From the IMG/VR virus record IMGVR_UViG_3300050343_000265, positions 1 to 64,000 of that record: 64,000 nucleotides of DNA. One strand, written 5' to 3'. The position numbers were made by a program, and so were the translations under genes. Of the stretch, positions 30,030 through 40,482 are shown one piece after another. The notes under the pieces were generated by a model, which saw only the letters and a program-made list of their open reading frames with translations, was not told the DNA's origin and made no database searches. The number at the start of each line of letters is the position of its first letter. Positions within the stretch are counted from its first letter, which is position 1. The stretch comes from a virus.

Positions 30030-32654
30030 ATGAAGCTACAATTAAAGCGCAGTAATGTTCTAGTTAGCGGTGGTGCAAAAGAACCAACAGCAGCACAACT
30101 AGATTACGGCGAATTAGCAATTAACTACAGTGCTGGAGATGCTGCTATCTTCCTGAAGGATAGTACAAATAATGTTATTCGAATCGCTGGCGTACATAAT
30201 ATTGCCGATGATGGTCTAACAAACGTTCCTACTACCACAAGTCCTCCAACATCTCCGACACCAGAAGCTGGAAACCTTTGGTATAACTCTGAAGATGGCC
30301 GTTTATATATTTACTACGTAGATGACAATAGCTCACAGTGGGTTGATGCAAGTCCAGATACTTGGCAAACAACAGTAATTCCAGATACAACTAATCCTGC
30401 TCATCAGGCAGGGACGTTAGACGATCGCTACGTCAATATCAATGGCGACACCCTTACAGGTGCTCTGCTGCTGGATAACGCTGCAACTTCTACAGCACCA
30501 GACCTTGCTTTTGATGGTGATACAAATACAGGCATTTACTCCCCTGGTGCTGATCAATTATCAATCGCTACTGTTGGAGTACAGCGCGTCACAGTTGATG
30601 GATCGGGCAATGTTGGAATTGGGACATCGTCGCCAGCAAAATCCTTAGAGATTTTTAGAGACAGTTTCCCATGTTTGATGTTAAATGACGGTGGTCAATA
30701 TAAATCTTATATGCAGCTAGGGGGTAACGATCTAGAGATTCGTGGTAGTTCTGGCTCAATGGAGTTTTATACAGGTTCAGCTGATGGTTTGTCATCAACC
30801 GAGCGGATGCGAATCGACAGCTCGGGCAATGTTGGGATTGGTACGCCGTCGCCTAGCTCTGCTCTTGACGTTTCTGGTGCTATTTCACTTAGTGCTGTAG
30901 CCATACCTTCTGCGGGAAAAGCAAGGATTTATTCACGAAACACTAATAACGCTCTTTATCTGCAGCCTGAAGGGGACCAAATTGCCTTTTTAGATGGATC
31001 TCAAAATACCATGGGGCTTTTTGAGCCAGATAAAATAAGATTTTTTACAAGCAATACCGAGAAGCTGCGAATCGACAACTCGGGAAATGTTGCTATTGGT
31101 GCAGCAAGCTCTACATCAAGGCTACGTGTTATTGGCAACGAAATTCGGTTTAGCAATAGTTCCAATGCTTCGTACTACGGAACAATTACACACGATGCAG
31201 GTACTACAGGCGCGAACATTTACAACAACGTTGATGGTACAACTGCATCCCATATTTTGCAGCACAACGGCACCGAAACGATGCGACTCGACAGCTCGGG
31301 CAATGTCAATATAGGCGGAAAAGGCTTAACTACACATAGCAGCACTATAGATTCTTTACAGATTGGATATTCATTAAATCTATACGAAGATTCCTACTCA
31401 GGCGGTAATAGCAACTATGTAGTTCTTGCACACAACATTAACTACAACGCTGGCAATCTATATATGCGTAGCGAAGCTGCATCAAGAATAATGCAAAATG
31501 GAGGTATCATTACTTTTTCAAATGCACCAGCAGGGACAGCTGGTAGTGCTGTCGCATTGAATGAGCGGATGCGAATCTACGCCGATGGTGGCGTATCTTT
31601 AAAAAAATATCTTGAGTTTAGAGACGGAGGCGACACAACTTGGGCTGGTTACTTGGGAAGTTCAAATCATCTAATTTCTGGTACCGCTAATACTGATTTT
31701 ACACTTAGAGCTGAAGCAAACTTACTCTTTGCTTCAGGTGGCAACAACGAGCGGATGCGAATCTCCAGCGTGGGCAGAGTACATATTGGTACCACAAGCG
31801 GTACCTCTAAACTAAATATTTATCCAGGAACTGGTGCTTCATCTAGGGGTTATTGGCAACATTGTGGCCTTAGTATTGGCAACTCTACTCTTGTTGGTGA
31901 CTATTCACAAATTGGTTTAGGGTATTTTAATTTAGGAAATTATGCTCCTAGTTACATGGGGTTTCTTTCCACCAGTCAAGCAGCGTATGGGAAAGGAGCT
32001 CTTGTATTTGGAACACGCGATGTAACTACTGATGGCCAAGCAGACGAGCGGATGCGAATCAACGCTAATGGCAGGGTTGATATTGGAGATGAATTAGGTA
32101 CAGCTCATGCTGGTGAATTCCAAGTCATTAATACAAGTGGCGGTCAACAAGACAATGACGCATTAGCATTCTTTGAAACTAATTCTCCAGACTGGATTAT
32201 AATGACAAATTATAATGCTAGTGGTACTCATTACCACATGCGTTTTATGCAGCAAGGTGGTGTGAGAGGGTCAATATCTGGAAGCTCAGGTGCCGGCGTT
32301 ACTTATACTGGCAGTTCTGACTATAGATTGAAGGAAAATATTGTTGAGATAACTGGTCCTCAAGGCATTGATATATGTAAAAAGTTAAAGCCAAGTTATT
32401 TCAACTGGATTAATAATAGAATAGAAACAGGAGAGACCAACACAGTCGATGGTTTTATTGCTCATGAAGTTCAGGAGGCAGGTGTATTAGCGTCTGTTAT
32501 TGGTGAGAAAGATGCAGTAAATGAAGATGGAAGTATTGCTGAACAAATGATGGATTATGGAAAGATGACTCCTGTTCTTTCTGCTGCAATTAAAGGATTA
32601 ATTGATAAAGTTGAAACTCTAGAAGCCAAAGTTGCAGCACTTGAAGCTGGTTGA
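30030..32654 (+). CDS. Tail fibre with C-terminal S74 chaperone
   Basis: KLQLKRS..GELAIN N-terminus, ERMRIDSSGNVGIG modules, SDYRLKENI..GFIAHE. Confidence 0.9.
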   Translation: MKLQLKRSNVLVSGGAKEPTAAQLDYGELAINYSAGDAAIFLKDSTNNVIRIAGVHNIADDGLTNVPTTTSPPTSPTPEAGNLWYNSEDGRLYIYYVDDNSSQWVDASPDTWQTTVIPDTTNPAHQAGTLDDRYVNINGDTLTGALLLDNAATSTAPDLAFDGDTNTGIYSPGADQLSIATVGVQRVTVDGSGNVGIGTSSPAKSLEIFRDSFPCLMLNDGGQYKSYMQLGGNDLEIRGSSGSMEFYTGSADGLSSTERMRIDSSGNVGIGTPSPSSALDVSGAISLSAVAIPSAGKARIYSRNTNNALYLQPEGDQIAFLDGSQNTMGLFEPDKIRFFTSNTEKLRIDNSGNVAIGAASSTSRLRVIGNEIRFSNSSNASYYGTITHDAGTTGANIYNNVDGTTASHILQHNGTETMRLDSSGNVNIGGKGLTTHSSTIDSLQIGYSLNLYEDSYSGGNSNYVVLAHNINYNAGNLYMRSEAASRIMQNGGIITFSNAPAGTAGSAVALNERMRIYADGGVSLKKYLEFRDGGDTTWAGYLGSSNHLISGTANTDFTLRAEANLLFASGGNNERMRISSVGRVHIGTTSGTSKLNIYPGTGASSRGYWQHCGLSIGNSTLVGDYSQIGLGYFNLGNYAPSYMGFLSTSQAAYGKGALVFGTRDVTTDGQADERMRINANGRVDIGDELGTAHAGEFQVINTSGGQQDNDALAFFETNSPDWIIMTNYNASGTHYHMRFMQQGGVRGSISGSSGAGVTYTGSSDYRLKENIVEITGPQGIDICKKLKPSYFNWINNRIETGETNTVDGFIAHEVQEAGVLASVIGEKDAVNEDGSIAEQMMDYGKMTPVLSAAIKGLIDKVETLEAKVAALEAG

Positions 32655-32737
32655 CAGTAAACCGCCCCGTGGCAACGCGGTGTATTAATATCTAATCATC
32701 GACAATTGTTAGAATAAATAATATCGACAACAATAAA

Positions 32738-33091
32738 ATGGCCGACACTTATAGCTGGAAAGTATCAACACTAGATCGCGAGATTTCTAACGGTACTGTA
32801 TTTACAGTTCACTATACAGTTTCTGCTTCACGGACTAACCCTGGAGAAGGTGAGAACGATTACACAGCTGGTTCATATGGCACTGTAGGTGTTACTGCAG
32901 ATCCTACTTCCAAGAGCTTTATTGCTTATGAAGATCTCACGGAAGACAATTGTATCGATTGGGTCAAAGCAGATCTTGGTAGTGAATCAGTAGATGCTAT
33001 TGAAGCTTCTATCTCAAGTGATTTAGATAATCAAGTGAATCCTATTGATGCAGCTGGTGTACCTTGGGCTACGGAAACTACTACTGATTAA
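32738..33091 (+). CDS. Tail-fibre-associated protein
   Basis: FIAYEDLTE..WV..GVPW motif. Confidence 0.7.
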   Translation: MADTYSWKVSTLDREISNGTVFTVHYTVSASRTNPGEGENDYTAGSYGTVGVTADPTSKSFIAYEDLTEDNCIDWVKADLGSESVDAIEASISSDLDNQVNPIDAAGVPWATETTTD

Positions 33092-33144
33092 TCTCACAAA
33101 ATAATAGTTAATAGCTAGAATAAAACCTGAGTCTAATACTTAAT

Positions 33145-33333
33145 ATGGCCTGTAAAAAATCAGAGTTGGTAGGAGCTATCAACTCGTTTGCGACTGCACG
33201 TGTAAGTGGTGATAATGCGCTACAGCAAATGTCAGCACAGTTGTTGCAAAATACAATCGAGACACTTGAGTTTGAACCCGAAGAAGTTGCCGAAGACACT
33301 ACTGAAGCAGAAGAAGAAGAAACTTCTAATTAG
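33145..33333 (+). CDS. Small hypothetical protein
   Basis: ORF; TAGAAT at 33116. Confidence 0.65.
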   Translation: MACKKSELVGAINSFATARVSGDNALQQMSAQLLQNTIETLEFEPEEVAEDTTEAEEEETSN

Positions 33334-33370
33334 TAACCGTTAAAATAGGACTATTACAAGTCTCTGAATA

Positions 33371-35860
33371 ATGGCTAAGTTAGATTTTCCTGATGCTTCT
33401 TACTCTCCTTGGGTTGCTCCAAACAATGTAATCTATACTTACATTGGAACATCACCAAACGGGTATTGGGAAGCTAACACTGCCAATGCTGCGACAAACT
33501 TAACAGCTGTCTTTGTCGAACGCACAGGCAGTACAATGACTGGTCCGTTGATATCTGGACTTTCTGGTGCTGGTTATGGATATCAATTAAACAATGGGAG
33601 TACAAACCTAGGAGGATTATATAGAGATACAGGATCCTCAAGACTAATACTAGGAGATGGTTCTACTACAAAGATTGATCTACAAGGATCATCAGGAGCC
33701 GCCGAATTTGCAGCAGGTTCTTTTGTTATTGAAAGCGATGGTGACATCTCTACAAATATTAGAGGTCACGGCCATATAGAGCTTGACTCTAGTGGATCTT
33801 TTAGTAGCCCTAAGATAAAATTATTTTCTACTACAGGAGCCGCCACATTTGCTGGTGATATCACAAGCGAACTAAATGCCAATTACAAGTCCGTCATCGC
33901 AGCAAACGGTAGCATTGCTCTTTATGGTGCTGGAAATTTAGTAACTTACCTGAATAACGATGGATCCGGCTCATTTGCGGCTGATGTAATTATTGGCGAA
34001 GGAGGTTATGCTGCTCAAGACAAAACCGGAATATATCTAGCCGCCAGTGCTGGTTTCGCTAATGTATATCATTCAGCAGCCGCTACAGCAGACTTCTTAT
34101 CATTCACCAAATATGACCCAAATACTGCTCCTTATTTTAGTGTTAAGGCATCTATTACAGACTCAGGAAATGCCACATTTGCGGGTGACGCAACCATTAA
34201 CGGGCTGACTGTTGGCAAAGGTGCGGGTAATATTTCAACCAATACGACGGCTGGAGCTTATGCACTTAATAACAACACCTCTGGTAGTGGCAACACAGGT
34301 ATTGGATCTTATGTTCTTTATAGCAATACTTCTGGGACTCTAAATACAGGATTAGGGTATCAAGCTCTTTATTCCAACACTACTGGTGTTGAAAACACAG
34401 CTATCGGAGTAAACACTCTAGTTTTTAACACTACTGGTCTTCAAAATACGGCTACAGGGTATCGAACTTTATACAATAATACCACTGGTTCTTATAACAC
34501 GGCATCAGGTAAAGATTCTCTTTTTTACAATACTACAGGTAGTAATAATACAGCTATTGGTTATCAGGCAAGTATATCTAACACTACAGGTGGTGGCAAC
34601 ACAAGTGTTGGACAAGATGCTTTATATAATAACTCTACTGGTAACTCAAACACAGCTATGGGCTACCGAGCCCTTACTAGTAATACAACTGCTAATCAAA
34701 ATACAGCAATTGGTTTTGAGTGTTTGAAAGCTAACACTACAGGCGGCAATAATGTAGCGCTTGGGTTGCATTCATCATATGGAAATTCTACAGGTACCAA
34801 TAACGTCAGCGTAGGCGTTAACGCTAGTAAAAACAATACAAGTGGTGGAGAAAATACTGCAGTAGGTTATAAAGCAAGTGAAGGCAATAGTTCAGGTAAC
34901 TACAACACATCCTTGGGAGCTACTGCCCTTATAAGTTCGACCTCTAGTTACAATACGGTCGTCGGTTGGCGAGCTCTTTATGGTCAGACCACTGGTTCGA
35001 TAAACACAGCCTTTGGTGCCGAGTGTATGTATAGCAATACAGGTGGTAATTATAATAGTGCTTTTGGCTATGGAACCTTGAGACAGAGCACTACAGGGGA
35101 TAGAAATGTAGCTCTAGGGTATCAGGCTTTGTACTCAAATACTGTTGGAGGATATTCCACAGCTGTGGGTATGTACGCTAACTATTACAACACCACTGGT
35201 AATGGTAATGACTCTTTCGGCTACACTGCTCTACATTACAACACTACTGGCCTTTACAATTCAGCAATCGGCTATCAAAGTTTGTATCACAATACTAGTG
35301 GCAGCCGCAACACGGCTTGTGGACTAAATACTCTATATTACAACACTACTGGCATCCATAATGTTGGGTTAGGACACAATGGCCTCTATAACAACACTAC
35401 TGGATCTGGGAATATTGGTATAGGTTTTACTACTAGTGCTGGGACATATTCCCCAGTCTTTAACCCATCAAGCCAGGACAATCGTCTGGTTTTAGGTCAT
35501 AATTCAATCACAAATGCCTATGTTAGAGTCTCTTGGACTGTCACATCTGACGAGCGCGATAAGATGAACTTTGCTCCAGTGCCTTATGGTCTGGACTTTG
35601 TTAATCAACTCAAGCCAACTGCCTATCAGTTCAAGGTAGATCGTGACACTGAAACACCCAATGGTGATGTACGTTATGGCTTCAAAGCGCAAGACATTCT
35701 TGCATTAGAAGGTGAGAATCCTGTCATCATTGACATTGAAGATCCAGATCACCTCAAGTATAAAGGTGAGCATCTCGTTCCTGTTCTAGTCAATGCAGTA
35801 CAAGAACTAACTACAATGGTTAAAGAACTACAATCTGAACTTAAAACACTTAAAGGTTAA
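33371..35860 (+). CDS. Tail fibre/spike with 24-aa beta-solenoid repeats and S74 chaperone
   Basis: About 16 NTTGxxNTAxGYxAL repeats; SDERDK..GFKAQD. Confidence 0.9.
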   Translation: MAKLDFPDASYSPWVAPNNVIYTYIGTSPNGYWEANTANAATNLTAVFVERTGSTMTGPLISGLSGAGYGYQLNNGSTNLGGLYRDTGSSRLILGDGSTTKIDLQGSSGAAEFAAGSFVIESDGDISTNIRGHGHIELDSSGSFSSPKIKLFSTTGAATFAGDITSELNANYKSVIAANGSIALYGAGNLVTYLNNDGSGSFAADVIIGEGGYAAQDKTGIYLAASAGFANVYHSAAATADFLSFTKYDPNTAPYFSVKASITDSGNATFAGDATINGLTVGKGAGNISTNTTAGAYALNNNTSGSGNTGIGSYVLYSNTSGTLNTGLGYQALYSNTTGVENTAIGVNTLVFNTTGLQNTATGYRTLYNNTTGSYNTASGKDSLFYNTTGSNNTAIGYQASISNTTGGGNTSVGQDALYNNSTGNSNTAMGYRALTSNTTANQNTAIGFECLKANTTGGNNVALGLHSSYGNSTGTNNVSVGVNASKNNTSGGENTAVGYKASEGNSSGNYNTSLGATALISSTSSYNTVVGWRALYGQTTGSINTAFGAECMYSNTGGNYNSAFGYGTLRQSTTGDRNVALGYQALYSNTVGGYSTAVGMYANYYNTTGNGNDSFGYTALHYNTTGLYNSAIGYQSLYHNTSGSRNTACGLNTLYYNTTGIHNVGLGHNGLYNNTTGSGNIGIGFTTSAGTYSPVFNPSSQDNRLVLGHNSITNAYVRVSWTVTSDERDKMNFAPVPYGLDFVNQLKPTAYQFKVDRDTETPNGDVRYGFKAQDILALEGENPVIIDIEDPDHLKYKGEHLVPVLVNAVQELTTMVKELQSELKTLKG

Positions 35861-35862
35861 TT

Positions 35863-36090
35863 ATGGATATTCTTACTATTACTCCTGAACAAATCGCAAA
35901 CAACTACACTGCTGCTCTCGATAGCGTCACAGTAATCAATGAGCTAATGGCTCTAGATTCCCGCGATGACGCTCAGACATATACAGTTGCTCGTAATGTT
36001 GAGCACCTTGAGTTGATGGTTGCTAAGGACTACTGGACTACTGAAGACCTGAGTCCTTTTAATGATGCCATTACAGCTGGTAAGGCATGA
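35863..36090 (+). CDS. Small tail-fibre-associated protein
   Basis: RNVEHLELM..WTTEDL. Confidence 0.65.
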   Translation: MDILTITPEQIANNYTAALDSVTVINELMALDSRDDAQTYTVARNVEHLELMVAKDYWTTEDLSPFNDAITAGKA

Positions 36091-36095
36091 TCGTT

Positions 36096-36118
36096 ACCCC
36101 GTAGTAACGCGGGGTTTT
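36096..36118. terminator. Hairpin between convergent genes; related copy at 32666-32681
   Basis: ACCCCGTAGTAACGCGGGGTTTT. Confidence 0.65.
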
Positions 36119-36120
36119 AC

Positions 36121-36828
36121 TTAAACCATATATTGCTTACAGATCTTGTACTTAGCAAGTCTGTCGTTATAACCATTCCAGCCACCATTGATACGGAGAC
36201 AACAGGCATCAAAGCCTTCTGTCAGGCATATATTTAATAGATCATTCTCTTCTATCCAGATGCGTGCTGATGTAAATGGGTAGGTGGTAGACACATAGTC
36301 AACACCATCCATAACCTTTGGATCATTAATACCTTCGGCTAGACGAGAGTAGTTGTATTTTCCAGTTAACTGGAGTACTCCTGCCCCTTTCCAAACCTCC
36401 CCCTCGTCTGGACCATGGCCTAAGTCAGTCCTACCACGTAAGTACATACCGTCTGATATCTCTTTCATATAAACAAAATTACAAGTCTCATGCATCATGT
36501 TTGCCATGAGCATCTGTGCTGCATCAATGTGCTCTATAAACCCTGTGTCACCATACAAGCGATTGCAATCATTTATAAAGACTTTATCAAATGCAGATGA
36601 TGGATAACCAGTTAACTGCTCCATCAGCAGAGGTGTCACCAGTTTTTTAAACTTCTTGACGTCAGCTGTTTTTCTATAAGTCTTTACCCAGTTCGCATCT
36701 TCATTGAGCTGATCACAGTTGCATTCCTGTAAGCCTTTATATAGCTCTTCTACAGCTGCTTGTTGATGAGACTCCCCTCCGTAATACTTAAAGAAATTCT
36801 TGAACGATTCTATTGATAACGTACTCAT
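36121..36828 (-). CDS. GH19 chitinase-like endolysin
   Basis: HET, GRTDLG, KGAGVLQLTGKYNY, RINGGWNG. Confidence 0.9.
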   Translation of the reverse strand: MSTLSIESFKNFFKYYGGESHQQAAVEELYKGLQECNCDQLNEDANWVKTYRKTADVKKFKKLVTPLLMEQLTGYPSSAFDKVFINDCNRLYGDTGFIEHIDAAQMLMANMMHETCNFVYMKEISDGMYLRGRTDLGHGPDEGEVWKGAGVLQLTGKYNYSRLAEGINDPKVMDGVDYVSTTYPFTSARIWIEENDLLNICLTEGFDACCLRINGGWNGYNDRLAKYKICKQYMV

Positions 36829-36893
36829 AAGAACTTATATTCAATACTGTTAATTCTAACTAGTAAAATATAATTAGTCTCATTATTATATGT

Positions 36894-37172
36894 ATGACAA
36901 TTAAAGAACGTGCAGCTTTTTGGGAGGCTATTGAAAGTGGCAATAGTCCTCTGTTATCTGTAATGCATACACTCGTTGAGAAGTGGGGATTACCTGCAAT
37001 CATCATGTGTCTTGGTGATATCGGAAACGTATTATCAGAAGACGCGGAGACAGCTGCAGACCTTTCACCAAACCAGCGCGGTTTAATCCTTGGTGCATGT
37101 GCACAAGTATGCAATTTGAGTGATCAGATGCATGCAGAAATGGATCACCTTGCGGCTACTGAAAATGGATAA
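36894..37172 (+). CDS. Hypothetical protein
   Basis: ORF; TAAAAT at 36864. Confidence 0.7.
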   Translation: MTIKERAAFWEAIESGNSPLLSVMHTLVEKWGLPAIIMCLGDIGNVLSEDAETAADLSPNQRGLILGACAQVCNLSDQMHAEMDHLAATENG

Positions 37173-37293
37173 GCAAGAAAAAGAGAACTGGAAAAAAATT
37201 AAAGAGGCTTTAGAAGAAGCCGATAAAACTGACTGCTACTTCTACAAAAGAGCAGTGGCCATCTGTGATGGTAAATCAGATCCCTTAAAATAA
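37165..37293 (+). CDS. 42-aa cyanophage small protein
   Basis: MDKQEKENWKKIKEALEEADKTDCYFYKRAVAICDGKSDPLK. Confidence 0.7.
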   Translation: MDKQEKENWKKIKEALEEADKTDCYFYKRAVAICDGKSDPLK

Positions 37294-37327
37294 ATTAGTT
37301 AAAATTAATATAGGTCGCATCTAATGT

Positions 37328-37594
37328 ATGTCTATACGAAAGGCTGGTGAAGTTTTTGCTGGTGAGGACAAACCTAAAAGGACACCAAATCATCCAACAA
37401 AATCACATGCTGTTGTGCATGCTGATAAGTTAATTCGTTTTGGTGAGAAAGGAGCAAAGACTGCTGGCGAACCAAAGGCTGGTGAAAGTGACAAGATGAA
37501 AAATAAACGTGCATCTTTCAAGGCACGTCACGGTAAAAATATTGCCAAAGGTAAAACCAGTGCTGCTTATTGGGCTGACAAGGTGAAATGGTGA
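37328..37594 (+). CDS. Basic small protein (DUF6321-like)
   Basis: IRFG..RASFKARH..SAAYWA..W. Confidence 0.7.
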   Translation: MSIRKAGEVFAGEDKPKRTPNHPTKSHAVVHADKLIRFGEKGAKTAGEPKAGESDKMKNKRASFKARHGKNIAKGKTSAAYWADKVKW

Positions 37595-37749
37595 TGGATA
37601 ACGATTTTCCGACACGTATGGCAGGTCAAGCGCTACAGCCTTATGTCAACACAGGCGAAGGGTGCGCAAAAATGCCAGAAAAATATCCTGCCAAACCACG
37701 TGGTGGCATGAGTCACGGACCGGCATTATTAGGACAAAGAAATGGCTAA
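37594..37749 (+). CDS. 51-aa hypothetical protein (RMAG motif)
   Basis: Coupled TGATG start; MDNDFPTRMAGQ. Confidence 0.55.
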   Translation: MDNDFPTRMAGQALQPYVNTGEGCAKMPEKYPAKPRGGMSHGPALLGQRNG

Positions 37750-38113
37750 AGGTATTGCAACAAAAAAAGATCCCAAGAAATGGGCAGCGTGTAAGTCAAA
37801 AGCCAAAGCGCGTATGGGTGGTAAACACAGTGCACGAGCAATGCAGCTAGCAACTAAGTGCTACAAAGCTGCAGGTGGTAAGTACGAAGGGAAGAAACCA
37901 TCAGCAAAAAATAATAAGATGAAACAGTGGACCAAACAAGATTGGGGTACTAAGTCAGGTAAAAATAGCGTTTTAGGTAAGGATGCTACAGGTGAACGTT
38001 ATGCACCAAGAAAGAGACGCGAGGCTATGTCAAAAGCGGATTACAAAAAAACCAGCGATAAGAAACGCCGTGATACAGCTAAAGGAAAACAATATAGTAA
38101 GCAGCCTAAGTAG
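37742..38113 (+). CDS. Basic protein (DUF5872-like)
   Basis: HSARAMQL..YKAAGGKY..WTKQDW..TGERY. Confidence 0.75.
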   Translation: MAKGIATKKDPKKWAACKSKAKARMGGKHSARAMQLATKCYKAAGGKYEGKKPSAKNNKMKQWTKQDWGTKSGKNSVLGKDATGERYAPRKRREAMSKADYKKTSDKKRRDTAKGKQYSKQPK

Positions 38114-38142
38114 TTAAACTATTAGTAATTACAGCAATAACT

Positions 38143-38328
38143 ATGGACAGACGTAAAAAAGGCAAGCGGATTACTCTCAACAATAATATCCCCGGACTGC
38201 CTGGTAATGCACCATTTAATCCTACAAATGGTGCAGGTCCTGGACGACTTGATCCACGGTCAGCTGGGCATGATGGTCAAGCCTACATAGATCGCAATCG
38301 CTTTAACCGTAATGAACCCCTTCGATAG
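38143..38328 (+). CDS. Hypothetical protein
   Basis: ORF; TAAACT at 38115. Confidence 0.55.
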   Translation: MDRRKKGKRITLNNNIPGLPGNAPFNPTNGAGPGRLDPRSAGHDGQAYIDRNRFNRNEPLR

Positions 38329-38914
38329 AAAAAGACAAGATTTAATTGTTAGTTATGAAGGATATGACCCTAATGCTTATCAGCTGCATGGTGAAGATTT
38401 TCATACCATTGGTTATGGAAGCACTGAGTATGAAGATGGTTCTCCTATCGGAAGTACCGACACAGTATCTAAAGCTCGTGCTCAAGAGTTACTAAGCCAT
38501 CATATTGATCGAGCCAGAAGTGAAGTCAGCAAACTTAAGGGTTATCAGCAGTTACCAATTAATGCTCAAATTGCTGTTGACTCGTTTGCCTATAACAGTG
38601 GTCCTAATTTTATCAACGATCCTATTGGTTATGGAACTATCAATAAGGCTATTAGAGCAGGAAATGCGGCAGGTGTTGCAAAAGCACTGCCTCTTTATGA
38701 CAACGGTGGCCTAGCAGGTTTAGTTAGACGTCGAGCCGAAGAAGCAAATTTAGCCGTCACACCGGCATTTGATCCTATTGATTCGACCTTACGAAATGAT
38801 CTCTCCCGTACTTTTGGGACAGAAGCTATTTTAAAAGGAGCTCCTGTCAAATGGGGTGGTAAAAATTATGGATGGCAGTCGCCTGAAAGTTTTAGCTCAA
38901 TAGTTCCAAATTAA
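38312..38914 (+). CDS. GH24 lysozyme
   Basis: YEG..AY..TIGYG, SFAYN, GLVRRRAEE. Confidence 0.9.
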   Translation: MNPFDRKRQDLIVSYEGYDPNAYQLHGEDFHTIGYGSTEYEDGSPIGSTDTVSKARAQELLSHHIDRARSEVSKLKGYQQLPINAQIAVDSFAYNSGPNFINDPIGYGTINKAIRAGNAAGVAKALPLYDNGGLAGLVRRRAEEANLAVTPAFDPIDSTLRNDLSRTFGTEAILKGAPVKWGGKNYGWQSPESFSSIVPN

Positions 38915-38917
38915 GGA

Positions 38918-39214
38918 ATGAAAACCTTATATCTATATAGAAGTGGTGATAACACCTGTGTGTCCCATGACAGCTATATACAAATGGGTGCGATGTCCCA
39001 TTCGGTTGAACATCACATCAAACTAAACCCAACGATCAACTGGATAGAAACCTACTGGTTGCCTGATGTTTTCATGCATCGTTATAAACGTGCAACATTT
39101 CAAGCACACGAACGAGTGTCTGGTGGCAAAGACAGCATCGAAACCCGGCCACGTGACTTTCCCGACGAAGGAGCATCAAGGGGCTTACTGAGTGGCAAGC
39201 CTGTGGGAGAGTAA
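38918..39214 (+). CDS. Hypothetical protein
   Basis: ORF. Confidence 0.6.
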   Translation: MKTLYLYRSGDNTCVSHDSYIQMGAMSHSVEHHIKLNPTINWIETYWLPDVFMHRYKRATFQAHERVSGGKDSIETRPRDFPDEGASRGLLSGKPVGE

Positions 39215-39268
39215 CATAGGTCGTAGTTTTCGTTAGTTAAAATAGTTATATTGCCGAGGATAAAGTAA

Positions 39269-40324
39269 ATGCTTAACAATGAAAATAAAAGGCTAGGGTA
39301 CACCGAAGTTTATTACAATTATAAAGCTGACAAATTTTTCACAGAAGACTTTGGCAATCAATTCAAAGGATTAGATATTACGTTATCCAATGGCGGTGGT
39401 GGAGGAAGTGGTATTCAGGCTGGAGATAATATTAGTCAACTTACAAACGATGCAAACTATGTTGTTTCAGGAGCAAATATTAGTACTTTAGTAAATAATG
39501 TAGGATTTTTGACGTCCTACAGCATTCCATCTGCAGCCAGCCTACCAACTGCAAATTTAAGCTTTGGTAATCTTGCTGCGTTATCTACAGATAACAATCC
39601 ATATTTTTATGATGGTACAGCTTGGCGAAGAATCTTCTTAGCAGATGTTCCACCTCAAGCAGGAGATCCTGATACTGATTGGGACAAAGTTATTCTTCGA
39701 GTACCATTCAATACAAATACTACTGACGTTAAAATTCCTCTCTCATCTAGTACTAATGGTTCTCAAGCAGTTATTACTGGTAGTCCAAGAAAATTTGGAG
39801 CTGGTGCACTTAAAGTCCAAAACTCAAGCTATATTGTCTACAGTGGTAATAGTCTTGGCGCATTTTTAGATAACGATTTCACAATAGAATTTTGGCTCTA
39901 TATAGATTCATTTAATGCCCAAGATCAAGATACAGGTATATTACGCAAAGGCACTACTTATTTCTATTTTGATTTCGTTGGAAATAATCAGATGATCTTT
40001 AAAATACACCTATCGAATGTAGGTGTAACGACACCCGATCTCGTCTATAACATCGTAGGTAACATGCCAACTGGCGGTTGGCATCATATTGCTTACTGTC
40101 GAAATGCGACGTCTGGTTTGTGTCAATTGTTTGTTGATGGTACGTCAAAAGGAACTGTTAATCTCAACAACATGGTTGATTCAACTAGTTATGATTTATT
40201 TATTGGTGACCTAATGAATTCTCAAGCGGATATGGTTATGGATGATTTAAGAATATCTAACTTTGAACGATATACGTCTAATTTCACAGCACCAACTGCA
40301 GAGCTGCCTACAAGTGGCAGTTAA
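39269..40324 (+). CDS. LamG/concanavalin-like domain virion protein
   Basis: KFG, DFTIEFW, WHHIA, LFVDG, DDLRIS..RYTSNFTAP. Confidence 0.85.
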   Translation: MLNNENKRLGYTEVYYNYKADKFFTEDFGNQFKGLDITLSNGGGGGSGIQAGDNISQLTNDANYVVSGANISTLVNNVGFLTSYSIPSAASLPTANLSFGNLAALSTDNNPYFYDGTAWRRIFLADVPPQAGDPDTDWDKVILRVPFNTNTTDVKIPLSSSTNGSQAVITGSPRKFGAGALKVQNSSYIVYSGNSLGAFLDNDFTIEFWLYIDSFNAQDQDTGILRKGTTYFYFDFVGNNQMIFKIHLSNVGVTTPDLVYNIVGNMPTGGWHHIAYCRNATSGLCQLFVDGTSKGTVNLNNMVDSTSYDLFIGDLMNSQADMVMDDLRISNFERYTSNFTAPTAELPTSGS

Positions 40325-40482
40325 AACAGATATGTCATCCTGGCTAGAATCAGATATTGAAAAATCCTAGTCAGTGACAGGGTTTTGACCCTGTGGAAAA
40401 CTTTGGCCTCGATTGATAAGCAGAGCTGATTGGTTTTAGCCATATTTCGTGGGTATATTTCAGCCAACACCAAATACCGATG

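Noticed and set aside
30030-35860. DGR or invertase shufflon acting on the tail fibres
   Set aside because: No reverse transcriptase, TR/VR pair or inverted cassettes in the window.
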